A program made the translations under genes and the position numbers. Of a stretch of 64,000 bases of DNA, positions 35,365-52,030 are shown in pieces (position 1 is the stretch's first letter; the number at the start of each line of letters is the position of its first letter). Under the pieces are notes generated by a model. It searched no databases. It saw only the letters and a list, made by a program, of their open reading frames with translations, and was not told where the DNA came from. Origin of the DNA: the human T2T-CHM13v2.0 reference genome, Homo sapiens. The stretch lies in NCBI RefSeq assembly GCF_009914755.1, contig NC_060932.1; one strand, given 5' to 3'.

Positions 35365-35500
35365 CACTTCTTCAGGCTGGCCGTCCAAAGTCCTTTAGTA
35401 TCTGGACTTCCAGATGTTCACACCTATCAGACCCAAGGGTTCAGAACCTCTAGAGGTACTGCATGGGCTTGGATGTATTTTATAAGCTCCCAAGTGATTC
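35365..35500. mobile_element. MER5-like fragment interrupted by the LTR
   Basis: tcagaacctctagagg...gtattttataagctcccaagtgattct. Confidence 0.5.
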
Positions 35501-35504
35501 TAGT

Positions 35505-36252
35505 TGAGACAGAACAGGAACCCCTCTTAGGGGCCTGTGGGATCCCCCCAGGCATGGAAATAAAGGAAAATCTTGGGTTCCTCCGAGTGAAATTTCAGGT
35601 ACCTAGCTAGACGTGAGAAGTAAATGAGCAAGTTGATAAGCAAGAAGGTTATATAGCTTAAAACAATAGCCAAGGAAGTTAAGGTCACAAGACATTTGGT
35701 TCTCCTGTAGAAACTAAAGGTAACATCTTAACATATGTCCCTGAATTGTCTTTGAAAACCTGGATTCCCCACTGAAGAGACCCACTGGCACATAGACCTC
35801 AGATGCGGGGGAAACTGAGGACTGAACTCTGACCGCCGTTCTTGGTTCTAAATTTCTTTCTAAGGGGCCTGGAGGAGGTCATGCTCACCAGCCAGAGCTA
35901 ACATTCTTTTCTGTTGACCCCCAATTTTTAGACAACACTTCACTTCCTTATCCAATTGCAAATCAGAAAATCTTGAATCTACTTCTGGCCTGTGGGCCCC
36001 TGCTTCGAGAGGTCAAATCAACGTACAGCCTCCATGTGTTGATGTATGACTTTGCCTGTAACCTCTACCTCCACTCCCTTTAAAAACCCTTACCTGTAAG
36101 CCATTGAGGAGATCAGGTCTTAAGAATGAACTGCCTAATTCTCCTTGCTTGGTGCCCTGCAATAAATGCCTTGCCTTCTCTCATGGCAGTCCTGATGTCA
36201 GGGTTTAGCTTTGCTATGCCAGGCAGGCTGACCCCAGTTCACTTTGGTAACA
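35505..36252 (+). mobile_element. ERV1 solo LTR (MER72/MER66 group)
   Basis: TG...CA ends; 4-bp TSD-like tagt/cagt; tttaaaaa TATA-like at ~36079 and AATAAA at 36161. Confidence 0.8.
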
Positions 36253-36414
36253 CAGTCTGCAGTCATACCTGAGATCTATGGGTTTAAACCCAATTCAGGA
36301 AACATTTTTTATCCCCAAACTTTACCCTCCACCCTTGTACTTCAAAAAGCAAAATCACTTCTATGATCTATGATATGGTGGTCTCTAAACCGCCTACTAT
36401 ATATATATATATAC

Positions 36415-36665
36415 ATTTTTTTTTTTTCTGAGACAGGGTCTTGCTCTGTCTCCCAGGCTGGAATGCAGTGGTGCAATTGTAGTTCACTACAGCTTTGAAC
36501 TCCTGGGCTCAAGGGATCCTTCTCCCTCAGTCTCCTGAGTAGCTGGGACTGTGGGTGCATGCCACCATGCCCAGTTAATTTTTTCTTTTCTTTTTTCTTT
36601 CCTTTTCTTCTTCTTCTTTTTTTTTTTTTTTTTGTAGATACCAGGTCTCACTGTGTTTCCCAAGC
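36415..36665 (-). mobile_element. AluJ, 5'-truncated, with (TA)n next to the tail and an expanded middle A-rich linker
   Basis: Antisense Alu; gaactcctgggctcaag. Confidence 0.9.
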
Positions 36666-38759
36666 TTACCTACAAAAACTTTTATTACTAAAGAGAGCAC
36701 CAAACGTCTCATTCTAAAATATCTGCATTCAGGTTAATAAGGATCTCTCCACCTTCCCATAAAAAGGTGCATGTTTGAAGTCTGTGTTTGAATATTTAAA
36801 GTGCTGGTTAGGGTAGCTTGTTCAAAAACAAATGAGCAGTCATGTTTAGAGGAAGTAAATTGCTTGCAACTTTGAACCCCCCGCCCTTACTCTGACTTTC
36901 ATTGCTTCAATTCCCCTTAACTTAGTAATATTTTTTAAAAGTTATGAGACCTGGCATCAGTGAAGGTACTCCAAAACCAATAATTTTATCTCTGGGTGCA
37001 GCAAAAACAGTGTAGTCTTCTGTCCATTAAGGAGATGTGAAGCTGCATTATTTTGGCTCCTATAAAGCAAAGGAAGACAAAGAGAAATCATCAGTTTAAT
37101 TGTAAGTCATAAGGACACCATATTTGACCAAGAAGCAATATCTACATCTTTTACCCAATAACAATGAACACCAGAGGAGCTGTGACTCATTTAAATAAAA
37201 TGTCCTTACAGATGATATTCTTAACTGGTAAAGGTAATTAAGATTAATTTTCTAGGAATACCAAGGGAACTTCACTTGCTGTGATAGCCTTTCTGCAAAT
37301 GTCAAATGAGTGTAAGCCTTGTTTCATTTAATAGAGTGTCCTCTAAAAGATATTTCGAATGTGGGAGTAAGTGCTCTGTTAAAGGGCAGCATCTGTGCTG
37401 TTTATTTTCCCAAATATGGGTTTACACAGAGCATTTAAATTACCTCAAATAAAGGCAAAGGATAAAATATTCTCATATACAGACAGACATGGTTCTTTCC
37501 ATATGGTACTAGGCTACATATGATTTCAAAAAGCATATAAATTGCTGGCAAGTTTGAAAATTGATTGATCATAACTTTGTAGACAGATGAACTGAAATGT
37601 TCAAACACTCTTTTTGGTGAAAACCTCAAATGAGAATTCATGATTTGTCATATTGGGATAGTCCTAGAAAAGAAAATACAATAAGAGATCCACCGAGTTC
37701 AAAAACAAAATGGAAACTGTGGTTCCTGGCAGAAACAACTCAAGCCGGATACATTTTATAGAGCAAATCAAGATCTGGCTTCTGGTTAAGATGACATCAA
37801 CATAAAAAGAATGAATCTAGGTCATGGGATGTCTGAGCAGGCCTCGTCAAAGGAATGCAGGCCACAGAACACCCGGCCATTTATTGCATTAAGACAGCTC
37901 ATAATATGTCATCTCTTTCCCAAGCTTTCCTTCCGTTCTGTCTTCTTATTATAACCCCTCTTTTGCCTGTAGACATTTGCTTTTTTGCAAGAATAAAATC
38001 TGACGTTTTTGGAGATGGTTGGGTTTAAGCCTAAAGTCATGCCAAACCCAACCCAGAATGCACTTCCTCATCACGAAGTGATGCTTTTTTCTGTGGGAGC
38101 CAGACTACTCATTGATCCACAAAGAAACCAGCCTAGTATTTCATAACATTTTTGAAAAATGCTGTACATTACCAGGTGCTTTTGTGACAACAAGAGACCT
38201 AAACAATGAACTAATCTTTCTGAATCCATGAGCCTGTGGAGCCAACTCAATCTGCAGTGGCAACCTGTAGATTTCAGACAAAGGCTAATTGTTCTTCTTT
38301 TGTGATCATTGTGCATCTTGCTATTTGATATGGAGATGTTATTTGACAGCTGTCTTTTATTTCTCCAACTGTACAATGAAACAGCTTATTTCTGAAAATG
38401 AGGAGAGTTGAATGGTCTCAGATGGCCCACCTCAATTTCAAGAATGAGGAAGGATTGGATGAATTCCTCTGTAAAGGCTCAAGGTGACCATGCCCTCCAG
38501 GCCCTCCTTTTCAGGTTGTTGTATGGTTGAGCATAATTATTTTTGTTTTTCCTGATCTAGTCAATGCTGAGAGCGTAATTCTCTGTGGTTTTTCACAAGT
38601 ATAGTATTCAGCCCTTCCAGCCACACACAAGGCATTGATGAGTAAGGAATCCTCTCCTGGCTAAGTAATCAAAAAGGGGAAAAAACTACCATAAGGAAAA
38701 ATGGAAAGTTGTTTTCAGTTGGGAAAATGTGGATATTAAATAGAGAGTAATTCCACATA

Positions 38760-38950
38760 TTGGCATTTACTTTGTGCCCATGCCAGGAACAGACTTTTAA
38801 GTGTTTTATATGCATTATTTATTTTAGTTCATAAAACACTGATGAGGTAGGCACTTTCTTTCCATATTTTATAGATGAGAAAAATGAAGTATAGAGGATT
38901 ATGCTCTCTAGCATGACGTCCAAGGTCATGCTAGTGAGGAACAGAGCCAA
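38760..38950 (-). mobile_element. MIR (interrupted by Alu)
   Basis: ccatattttatagatgagaaaaatgaag...ccaaggtca MIR core. Confidence 0.7.
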
Positions 38951-38954
38951 AAAT

Positions 38955-39243
38955 TTTTTTTTTTAAGAGACAAGATCTCGCTTTGTCACCCAGGCTGGAG
39001 TGTAGTGGCATGACCATAGCTCACTGCAGCCTTGAAGTCTTGGGCTAAAGCGATCTTCCCAACTCAGCCTCTTGAGTAGCTAGGACTACAGGTGCATGCC
39101 TTCACGGCTGGCTAACATTTTACTTTTTGTAGAGATGGGGTCTCTCTGTGTTGCCCCAGCTGGTCTCAAACTCACAGCCTCAAGTGATCCTGCCACAGCC
39201 TCCCAAAGCACTGGAATACAGGAATGATCCATTGTGCCTGGCC
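38955..39243 (-). mobile_element. AluJ
   Basis: Antisense dimer, catagctcactgcagccttga. Confidence 0.92.
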
Positions 39244-39570
39244 AATTATTACTTGAATCCAGAAATGAAGCTTTTGAAAATGATGCCCAATCTGATTATT
39301 AATTATAGAATATCTAATTCAGAGAGTTCTATAATTGGTAGCTTTGGTTTATTAGTAAAATTTTCAAAATATTACATCTGTCACATAGGTTGGTTGTGAG
39401 GACAAAATAAGATAAAGCAAAATTTCTGGCTTAATAAAAAGTAGCTATCAGCATTTTAGAAGAAATAACACAATTGTCTCTGAAAGGGGAAGAGTGACAG
39501 TATCATTGTCGAGATTATTGTTACTGAAAGCTTAGATTCTTCATTCATTCCTTTAAAGACACATGACTCC

Positions 39571-39996
<426 letters not shown>

Positions 39997-40668
39997 TTAC
40001 AAAGTGCTAGGAAAGACAAGAATTGAACGATGCAAGCATCCTAGTGCTTCTGTGAAAGAGAGTGCAGGGCACCTTCTACAGGCCCAGCGAGTGTAACCTG
40101 GCACTATTTATCTTCATGGACCCTACTTGTGTACTTGCTCTGTAGAAGTGATTGGATCTGTTTGCCTTCACAACAAAAGACCAATCATATTATATTTTCC
40201 TTGTTGCTTAGAATAGTTAGGGTCCTCGTCATTTGATCTTTCTGTGCAAACTAGAGTAAACTTATGAACCTGATTTAATCTTCTCCTTTTGACAGTTATA
40301 CACTTTAGCTTCTTTTTCTCCCTTTAATTGTCATTGACAGCTCAGAGATCTCAATCTCTATTAGAATTTGGAAATTGATATTTTGAAGCAAGGGTGTGTT
40401 CCTGCTGTCCATTAAAATGTAAAGGTTTTGAAACCATTTATTCTGCTGATGATTTGTACAGGGTTGCTTTTAGGTTTTCTGATGAATCCTGCCTGAACTG
40501 GAAAATCATGTGTAGTAATATATACACTGATACTCTAGGCTGTTATATTATTCTTATCATAAAACAAAGAAATGAAATGCAATAATAGATGATTCACAGA
40601 TTCTAACAAATATAACAGCATGTAAGCCCCTGCACCAGACTTCCTATTGAAAGAAAAATAAATGGTGC

Positions 40669-41002
40669 ATCTATGGTTTGAATATAGTTGCTTCAAAATT
40701 CAGGTGTTGCCAAAATAATATTATTAGAAGGTGAAGCATTTCAGAGGTAATTAAGCCAAGAGGTCTGCCTCCTCATTTGGGGATTAATGCCCTTTTAAAA
40801 GAGGCTTCAACAACATTTGGCTAGATTGCCCTTCTGCCTTCTTCCATGTGAGGAGGTAGCAAGAAGGCCCTCACTAGACCAAATTCTGGTGCCTTGATTT
40901 CGGACTTTCCAACTTCCAGAATGGTGAGAAATCCATTTCTGTTCTTTGTAAATTACCCAGTCTCAGGTACTTTTGTTGTAGTAGCACAAAATAGACTAAG
41001 AC
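40669..41002 (+). mobile_element. MST-family (MSTD-like) MaLR LTR
   Basis: ctatggtttgaat...aaattacccagtctcaggta...gactaagaca. Confidence 0.85.
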
Positions 41003-41710
41003 AGATGTCTTCTGAAAAATTATTTCTCTGTTATTTTTTTCTAAACTCCCATCCTTGAGTATGAACAAGAAGTTGATCCGATGCTATAGTAATAAGTTTT
41101 AAAATAGCCAATATCAGTATTCACTAGAAGATCCAATGTTATCTTGTAGCAGAATGTCTTACTCCCTAAATATAGGCTCAGTACCACATCAAGGACCAAT
41201 GGATATTCAGAAATTCTATGATGGCTGAAAGGGGCTGCTTAGGAACTACAATTGGATGGCAGGGGATCTTGAGACTTTTCTTGAAGCCATGTTCATAATC
41301 ACACCCTTTTATTTAAGTATGTTTGTTGGGATAGATGGGGTGGCAGAGACTATGATTACTGAATTTACTGCCCAGCCTAAATGGCTTCATAATAACATAA
41401 CTCTCAGGCGTTCAATATGTGGCAGAAGCTATAAATGAGAGGTTGCAGAGAATGTTATCACACCACTCTGACACGATATTCTCAGGTGATGTGTGCTTTC
41501 GTGTGGAATAGCACCAGAGTTATATGAAGAAAAATGCTGCAAACTGTAACAAGTTTGTGCAGACAGAATAAGGAAATTGGGACAGAGTTGAAGACTTGCC
41601 AGAAGCATATGATCTGATTTTCCTTGGCTTTGCTGGACCCTGCCAAGCGTAATATATCAAGAATGTTCAGCAATATATTTTTATTTCTTTTTTGAGATAA
41701 GTTATTGTGA

Positions 41711-42040
41711 GTTCTTCTTTTCTTTTCTTTTTTTCTTTTCCTTTTTTTTTTTTTTTTGAGATGGAGTCTCACTCTGTCACCCAGACTGGAGTGTAATGGC
41801 ACAATCGTGGCTCACTGCAACCTCTGCCTCTCCTGGGTTCAAGTGATTCTCCTGCCTTAGCCTTCTGCGTAGCTGGGATTACAGGTGCCCGCCACCACGC
41901 CCAGCTAATTTTTGTATTTTAAGTAGAGATGGGGTTTCACCCATGTTGGTCAGGCTGGTCTCAAACTCCTGACCTCGTCATCTACCCGCCTTGGCCTCCC
42001 AAAGTGCTGAGTTTACAGGCGTGAGCCACCGCGCCTGGCC
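41711..42040 (-). mobile_element. AluS (Sg-like), full length
   Basis: Perfect 17-bp TSD gagataagttattgtga (41694-41710, 42041-42057). Confidence 0.96.
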
Positions 42041-42254
42041 GAGATAAGTTATTGTGACTTTTTCTATATATGTATTAGATAGGAAAGCAAAACGTACTGT
42101 GCCCATGATGATGCAACTGTGTTTGTGGTGAAAATGATGCTGCTGACAATAAGACCGCACAGACACTCTGCACAAACTTTCATGGTTGTCACAGGCTCTG
42201 GGTGAATCTGCGATCTCGCAGTATCTCTACGGTCAGTTGTTTTAGTTTTTCACT

Positions 42255-42420
42255 GGGCTGTCACCTTTGACACTGATGCTCTTGGGCAAGTTATTTCATC
42301 ATGACAAATTTAGTTTACTTATCAATTAAATCGAGAAAGTTAATGCTATCCTGTGGTATGATGGGGCAGTTTGCACTGACCAATGAGAATAAGTGTTAAA
42401 TTTGTGGGGAATTTTATGAG
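42255..42420 (+). mobile_element. MIR
   Basis: cttgggcaagttattt...tttagtttacttatc. Confidence 0.55.
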
Positions 42421-42670
42421 CTACTTGATATCACTAAGGCCGTGCTCAACGTGTCATGTTGGGAACAGTTACACCACAGAAACTAGAAAATGCTCAACTA
42501 GGGATCTCCCTGAGCCCTCCAAAGTGTCCATTGTTAAAGTTTACCTGCACACCCCTTGTAATATCAGTCCACTGAACTGTTGGGCAAATTGAAGGCTATA
42601 ATGTATGAAAGCAGTTCCTGATCATACAATGACAACTGGAGTGTCCTCCAACAATGAAAGTTATTTTATT

Positions 42671-43011
<341 letters not shown>

Positions 43012-43047
43012 TTATCTTATTAGTATTAACATTGTTATTAAATACAA

Positions 43048-43365
<318 letters not shown>

Positions 43366-43366
43366 T

Positions 43367-43369
<3 letters not shown>

Positions 43370-43407
<38 letters not shown>
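43370..43407. repeat. (CA)n microsatellite
   Basis: Direct observation. Confidence 0.98.
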
Positions 43408-43414
<7 letters not shown>

Positions 43415-43477
43415 ATCTGTGTTACAGACCGTTTTTGTTTTTCTACTTTCTTTTGTTTTCCTAATTACCCATCTCTC

Positions 43478-43929
43478 CTGGATGACTTTCCTTGGGCTGC
43501 CATAACAAAGTACCACAAACTGAGTGGCCCCAAATAACCAAAATGTATTGTCTCATATTCTGGAGACTAGAAGTGTAAAATGAAGGTATTGGCAGGCCAG
43601 GCTCCTCGGGTTTCTTCCTTGCCTCTTCCTAGCTTCTAGTGGTTTGCTGGAAATTTTCAACATTCCCATACTTTCAGCTGTATAACCCCCACCTGTCCCT
43701 TTGTCATCACATGGCATGGCATTCTCCTTATGTGTCTCTGTCTTCACATGGCCATCTTCTCATAGGGATGCCAGTCACACTAGATTAAAGACATGCCCTA
43801 TGCCCGTCAGACCTCATCTTAACTATATCTATAATGAACTTTTTTTCCAAATAAGGTCACATTCTGAGGTACTGGAGACTGGAACTTCAACATACTTCTC
43901 TTGAGGGGAGACAATTCAAAACCTGTAAC
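43478..43929 (-). mobile_element. MLT1C-like MaLR LTR
   Basis: gggctgccataacaaagtaccacaaactg...ccaaataaggtcacattctgaggtactgg...taaca. Confidence 0.88.
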
Positions 43930-44194
43930 ATGCACCTAGCATCTTTTGAAATTGTCCTTCAGCCTGCCTTTATAGCATTGCTCAGCCCATCTCTGCTTGC
44001 AGACAATGTTTCAATTTCCTTTGAGTGTTTATCTGCAACCTGATAAGATTAACTTGTTATAAGACATTTTCTAATGCTGAAAAAATTACATTGTTTCAGG
44101 TCAGTACTGGGTTGGTTGACACTGAAGAAAAGAACAACACACTTATAGAGCTAAATGTTTACATGACAGCCCAGTCTAGTCCACAGGATTTCTG

Positions 44195-44370
44195 TCACAC
44201 CTAGCCAATGCTGCTGTTGGAGCAAGAAAGCAGCCATAGAAAATATGTAAATAGAACTTGTCTGTGTTCTGCAAAAACTTTATGTGCAATGAAATTTGAA
44301 TATAATTTTATGTATCATGAAATATTATTTGTCTTTTTTCAATTATTTAAAAATGAGAAAATTTTCTTAC
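44195..44370. mobile_element. MER58B-like fragment
   Basis: aaagcagccatagaaaatatgtaaat...tgaaatttgaatataat. Confidence 0.6.
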
Positions 44371-44624
44371 CCATCATTTACCAAGAAATGACCTATATCA
44401 TCATGGAACTACCCTAGGATCTACAGATGCCATGTTTGTATGATCAGGCATGATCATGGCTACTTACTCTGGGGTTTGTGTATCATATTCCTGGAGTATT
44501 CCCCATGTTCTCGATCCTGTGATAATACCTAATACCCACATTATGTCATTTAGCTTTCCCAAGAACACTAGGAAGTAGACATTCCTTCCTCTCAGCTGAG
44601 GAATAAACTAAGGTTGTAATGGCA

Positions 44625-46230
<1,606 letters not shown>

Positions 46231-48304
46231 GGAAAAAGTAGGGCTTAAAATCATGCCCTCTCCTCTACATCTCAAAAATCTTTCTACAATGTCATGTTTC
46301 TGGAGTCCCTCATGGATTTCCCAACTCACTGTATGTTCGGTTTCTTTAATTCAAATTCTGATGCTTCTCTTAATGTCCACAGTAGCCTCTCAATGGATAT
46401 TGAAGATGATTTATTTTAAGCAACGATTCTAAGTTAATCATGCTGATGTTAATTTTAGGTCATTTCTTGCATTTTCATTTGGAGCTGATTTATTCATGCT
46501 AAAATATTAATGGATTATCTAAAATCATTTACACTCAACTACTCCTCTTTTTAAAAAATATTTCAAGATACAACAAAAATGTTTTATGTGCCCTTTTCAA
46601 CTTAATAGTGTTATTCTACTTGGATGCTTAAAACAAGAAATGTGGAATTATTTATTTTTTGTTCTTTGGCTATAAAGGAATAAAATCAAAAGTAATTATA
46701 ATTACTCTAGGAGCATGAGTAGAACAAAAAACTGTGGCATTGTATTGAAGAATAAAAGGTATATTTTACAGTACTTGCCCATAATTAAGAATTGTGTATC
46801 TTGGTTTTTTATGAATTTAATTGGCACTATAAAATATTACTTGTTATTATGTGAGTTAAATACTGCAATATAAAGGTTATACACTCATAAAATAGATTCA
46901 CAGTTGGAAAGTAAGAGTAATTGTATATAAGATGACTGGGAGAGAAGAAAATTATGAGACAGTGTAATACTGACTTCATGGGCTCTTGTAAATTTAGAGG
47001 GATAACAATGTACCACAATGCTGCAGACTTCAATGACATTAAAGGATTCTAGTGATCTAATATGTGAGCAACATAGATTTAAGTGATCAGTAAATTACTG
47101 TTTAGTTTAAAATTAACTAGAATATTTATTACAATATTAACAGTTAAGAATTTAGAAACTTCACAATAAATGCATGACACAACTCATCTGGGTTAAAAAT
47201 ATAGTTTTTTTTAAAAAGGATATGTAAAAATTATTCATACATGCATACGTGCATGTTTATACAAATATATGCACTTCACACTCCAAAGTCCTCTAATACA
47301 AGTTTACTATTTGTTTAAATCACTGAAACTGACCAACTAGGGAAAAAAATATGGACTCTTACCTACCACAGTGTGTGCATGTGTGTGTGTGTGTGTTGTG
47401 TATCTTTGCATATCATTTATGAAGATGTTTATTTCATTATACATTTAAATTGTCCTTCAAAAAAGCTTTCTAGTTAATTATTTATACCTTTATTATTTAT
47501 ACCTCAGTTGTTTGTGTCTCTATTTTCTATTTCTGTATTTGATCTTTTATATAAGGTTTACCTTTTAAATATTTATCAAGCTGTTAAAGTTTTATGACTT
47601 CCAAAAACATTTTTTTCCAAACTATGATTTTTCTTTCAGGCTTTCAAAATAATCTGAGAGACTAGTAGGGCTTTATAGCACTAAATTCCAGTAATAAATA
47701 GAATTCACATCATTTAATTTCTGTACTTTAAATACATTTGCAAAAACCGTAAACTTAAGCCTGCTGAAATTTATTTAAGGTCAGTCAACATTTATTGATT
47801 CTCAGCTGTGTATGTAGATGTCTTAATGTTGGCATCAAGTTTACACAATCCTGACATATCTCTGAGACACGTGAAACAGCCGAAGGGCATATATTCTGAG
47901 CAATAAATTGAAAATGTAAGCTAATATTGTAGCTGAGAAACTGAGCCCTTATGTGCTGAGGAGCATACAGCAGAAAAATGATGAGACAGCTAATGAAGTC
48001 ACCTTTGAAATGTTTGATGAAGGTAATGAATGCAGCTTTGAAATTTTTTTGGATCATATTTCTCTGTACATGAAATTAATAAACAGTGGGAATTTTCTGT
48101 TTATCAAGTACGTTTAACATCAAGATAATATGTCCTTGCTGGTAACGGCAGATTTACTATAAAATTTGTTACATCTTAATTTATATAAAACAAAGATTTA
48201 TTATTAATCTGTTTAGCTTTACCCCTAAATGTTGGTGGAAAGTTTAAAAAGTTTCATCAAAAAGTTTGTTTTTAAGGTGAATTTTGCATATGTTTTAAGT
48301 ACTT

Positions 48305-48666
<362 letters not shown>

Positions 48667-48710
48667 TGAATTCTTGATAGATATAAAGTAATACCTAAGG
48701 AATATACTGC

Positions 48711-49570
48711 TGAACAGACACTTCTCAAAAGAAGACATTTATGCAGCCAAAAAACACATGAAAAAATGCTCATCATCACTGGCCATCAGAGAAATGCAAA
48801 TCAAAACCACAATGAGATACCATTTCACACCAGTTAGAATGGTGATCATTAAAAAGTCAGGAAACAAAAGGTGCTGGAGAGGATGTGGAGAAATAGGAAC
48901 ACTTTTACACTGTTGGTGGGACTGTCAACTAGTTCAGCCATTGTGGAAGTCAGTGTGGCGATTCCTCAGGGATCTAGAACAGGAAATACCATTTGACCCA
49001 GCCATCCCATTACTGGGTATATACCCAAAGGATTATAAATCATGCTGCTATAAAGACACATGAACACATATGTTTATTGCAGCACTATTCACAATAGCAA
49101 AGACTTGGAACCAACCCAAATGTCCAACAATGATAGACTGGATTAAGAAACTGTGGCACATATACACCATGGAATACTATGCAGCCATAAAAAAAATGAT
49201 GAGTTCATGTCCTTTGTAGGGACATGGATGAAGCTGGAAACCATCATTCTCAGTAAACTATCGCAAGGAAAAAAAGCCAAACACTGCATCTTCTCACTCA
49301 TAGGTGGGAATTGAACAATGAGAACACATGGACACAGGAAGGGGAACATCACACACTGGGGACTGTTGTGGAGTTGGGGGAGGGGGGAGAGATAGCATTA
49401 GGAGATATACCTAATGCTAAATGACGAGTTAATGGGTGCAGCACACCAACATGGCACATGTATACATATGTAACTAACCTGCACATTGTGCACATGTACC
49501 CTAAAACTTAAAGTATAATAATAATATTTAAAAAAAGAAAACAACAACAACAACAAAAAAAAAACAAAAA
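48711..49570 (+). mobile_element. 5'-truncated L1PA3/4-like LINE-1 (ORF2 C-terminus and 3'UTR)
   Basis: ORF 48758-49063 is the L1 ORF2 CCHC region (CWRGC...HCWWDC) with a premature stop; 14-bp TSD aaggaatatactgc/aagaaatatactgc. Confidence 0.96.
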
Positions 49571-49620
49571 AAGAAATATACTGCAGTGAGGAGTCCTAGA
49601 GAAAAGAGCCGAGCAGATGT

Positions 49621-49623
<3 letters not shown>

Positions 49624-49651
<28 letters not shown>

Positions 49652-49916
49652 GAGATGGAGTGTTGCTCTGTCACCCAGGCTGGAGTGCACCGGCGCGATC
49701 TCGCTCACTGCAAGCTCCGCCTCCCAGGTTAATGCCACTCTCCTGCCTCAGCCTCCCGAGTAGCTGGGACTACAGGCGCCCGCCACCATGCCCGGCTAAT
49801 TTTTTGTATTTTTAGTAGAGACAGGGTTTCACCGTGTTAGCTGGGATGGTCTCCATCTCCTGACCTCGTGATCCACCTGCCTCGGCCTCCCAAAGTGCTA
49901 GGATTACAGGCGTGAG
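49624..49916 (-). mobile_element. AluY, slightly 5'-truncated
   Basis: tgcaagctccgcctccc and accgtgttagc...gatggtctc diagnostics; CpG-rich; long T tract. Confidence 0.93.
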
Positions 49917-50245
49917 GATATTTTAAGGTAGTACAGAATCACAGGGTTGAGAAGAATCTTAGAGATTATAAAGTGTGACTTTTTTTACTTGAAAAGTAAA
50001 ACAACAACAACAACAACAAAAACACACACACAAAAAAACAAAACAAAAAAACCCCGAGGCACTCAGAAGTAAGTTGTGTTTCAGAACGGGGATAAAAACT
50101 GAGACCTCCTGACTTTCAGTTGGAAGTTATGTTTTAGTTACCTTTTTTTCACCACATTATGTGATCAACAATAAATCTCTGGTGAAAGTTATTAGTCAAA
50201 ATAATGAATGTTTATATAGTTTTTCATTCCCTAAAGGTTGTAATT

Positions 50246-50535
50246 GAAAGATGAAGAATGGCCGACTGTGCTATCCCAAAATACATCACTTGGCATAAGG
50301 ATTATTTTGAACTAAAAGCACTTGAAAAACAGCAAGTGCAAGAGAAAGACAGGAGACGAAACACTCGTGGAAAAGAATTCCTCCGCATTCCAGGAGAAAA
50401 GAAATATTCTTATGATCGGAGATGGGGAGCTGAGACCAAGAGAAATCCACACAAATAGACTTTGGTAAAAAACACACAACAACCACAAAAAACCACAACA
50501 ACCTCTTATTTTCCTGCAGACTCCGATAGATTTTA

Positions 50536-50571
<36 letters not shown>

Positions 50572-50774
50572 TTTACAATTGCCTCTCTTTGCTCAACCTA
50601 GTATATTAACGCTGTATTTTGCCACTTCTTTGGGTCTTCATTTTCCTATGGGAGCTTCCATGTACATGTAAAAATCTGCATGCTTTTCTCCTGTTAATCT
50701 GTCTTACGTCAGTTGAATTCTCCGGCCCAGCTGGAGACTCTTCAGGGGTAGAGGTAAAATTTTGCCTCCACTCC
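50246..50774 (+). mobile_element. MER34-like ERV1 LTR containing (TTA)n at 50536-50571
   Basis: ttggcataaggattattttgaactaaaagcacttga...tgcttttctcctgttaatctgtc...gtagaggtaaaattttgcctcc. Confidence 0.75.
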
Positions 50775-51819
50775 AGAGATTTTTTTTTCATTTCATATTA
50801 TTTTATCAAGTTCACAAAGTGCACTTCTATTCTAAAATGCACATCGATGTTCCCTTAAATTCTCTATACATGAGACAAAATTTTGTGACTGTTAATCATT
50901 AAACTTGCCATTCTACTTTATGAAGAGCCTCATCAGCTTGGATAAACAGGGCATAATCACAAAGTTGGAAGTCATTTTCTCAAAATATTTCACTACGTTT
51001 GTAAAAAACACTTTTCAGAGTTCTGATATAATTTGATGTCATAATTTTGTATTTTTGGTTTCCTCATGCTTGCCAGAGAGATTTAGAAGCGTACATCCAA
51101 AGTAATTTTGCAACGCCAACAAATTACCATATTTCACTGAAAACCCTGCACTCTTCACTTTTTAATGTCTATGGACACAACACTTCTGGAGCTGAAGGTG
51201 CATTCTCCTTTAAACAAATGACAAAATGTCAAGAAGTAAATTCACTCTTGTATGTCCACGAGGAAGAATTGATAATGACTTCTTATCCTATTTCCACTGA
51301 GGTATTTTAGGGTGATACACTTTCTCCATGTTTAAAAGAAAAGACCAAAAATTATTAAAGGGATTCTATTCAGAAAAATGATTTACATCTAATGTTTTTT
51401 GGAGGAGAGGGCTCTAAAACCACAACAGCATCTCTGTTTCTCCTGCCACATTCTGAAACTTCTGGTGCCGAGCTTGCCATCATTTCGTTATCTAAAGACT
51501 TAAGTTCTCTTGACAAGGGCACTTTGATGTATCTCAGAGCTGCTCTGAGGTATCATGGCCTTTATTTTAAGGATTTCTTAGATAACATTTTGCAAGATCC
51601 TTTGTGTAGGGGAGACTATTTTTACATTTTAGTTGAAAAAAAAGTAGACATTTTTAAAAGACCAAGAAATTATCATAGGAAATAAGACTGCATTTGTAAA
51701 CATTTTAGAATTTTCAAGAAGCAGTTGCTAATATAAATGCTGTCCATAATATGCAAGTACTAGTCCATAGAGTCAATAGGACATATCCTAGGCATTCACT
51801 TAATTAGACACCAGGGAAA

Positions 51820-52030
51820 TAGTAAGATACAGTGCTTAGAGCTTAGGCTCTGGGCTAGATAGTCAATAGCAATATAATCTCAACTTGTATCTCCAACTCT
51901 TTAAGCTTCTTATTCAGTTGTAGAATGGGAATATTACTCATTACTCACTTAAAGTATTGTGAGGTTTAGAATATATTTTTTAATTGGTTAGCACAATGCC
52001 TGAAACTAAATACTCAATAAAAGTTTGAGT
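51820..52030 (+). mobile_element. MIR
   Basis: ctctttaagcttct...gtagaatgggaata...tagcacaatgcctg...tactcaataaa. Confidence 0.7.

Noticed and set aside
42100-42150. C/D-box snoRNA (ATGATGA ... CTGA)
   Set aside because: Boxes span only ~42 nt, there is no terminal stem and no recognisable rRNA/snRNA guide.
48758-49063. 101-aa ORF as a host gene
   Set aside because: It is the C-terminal part of L1 ORF2 in a truncated L1PA with a premature stop.
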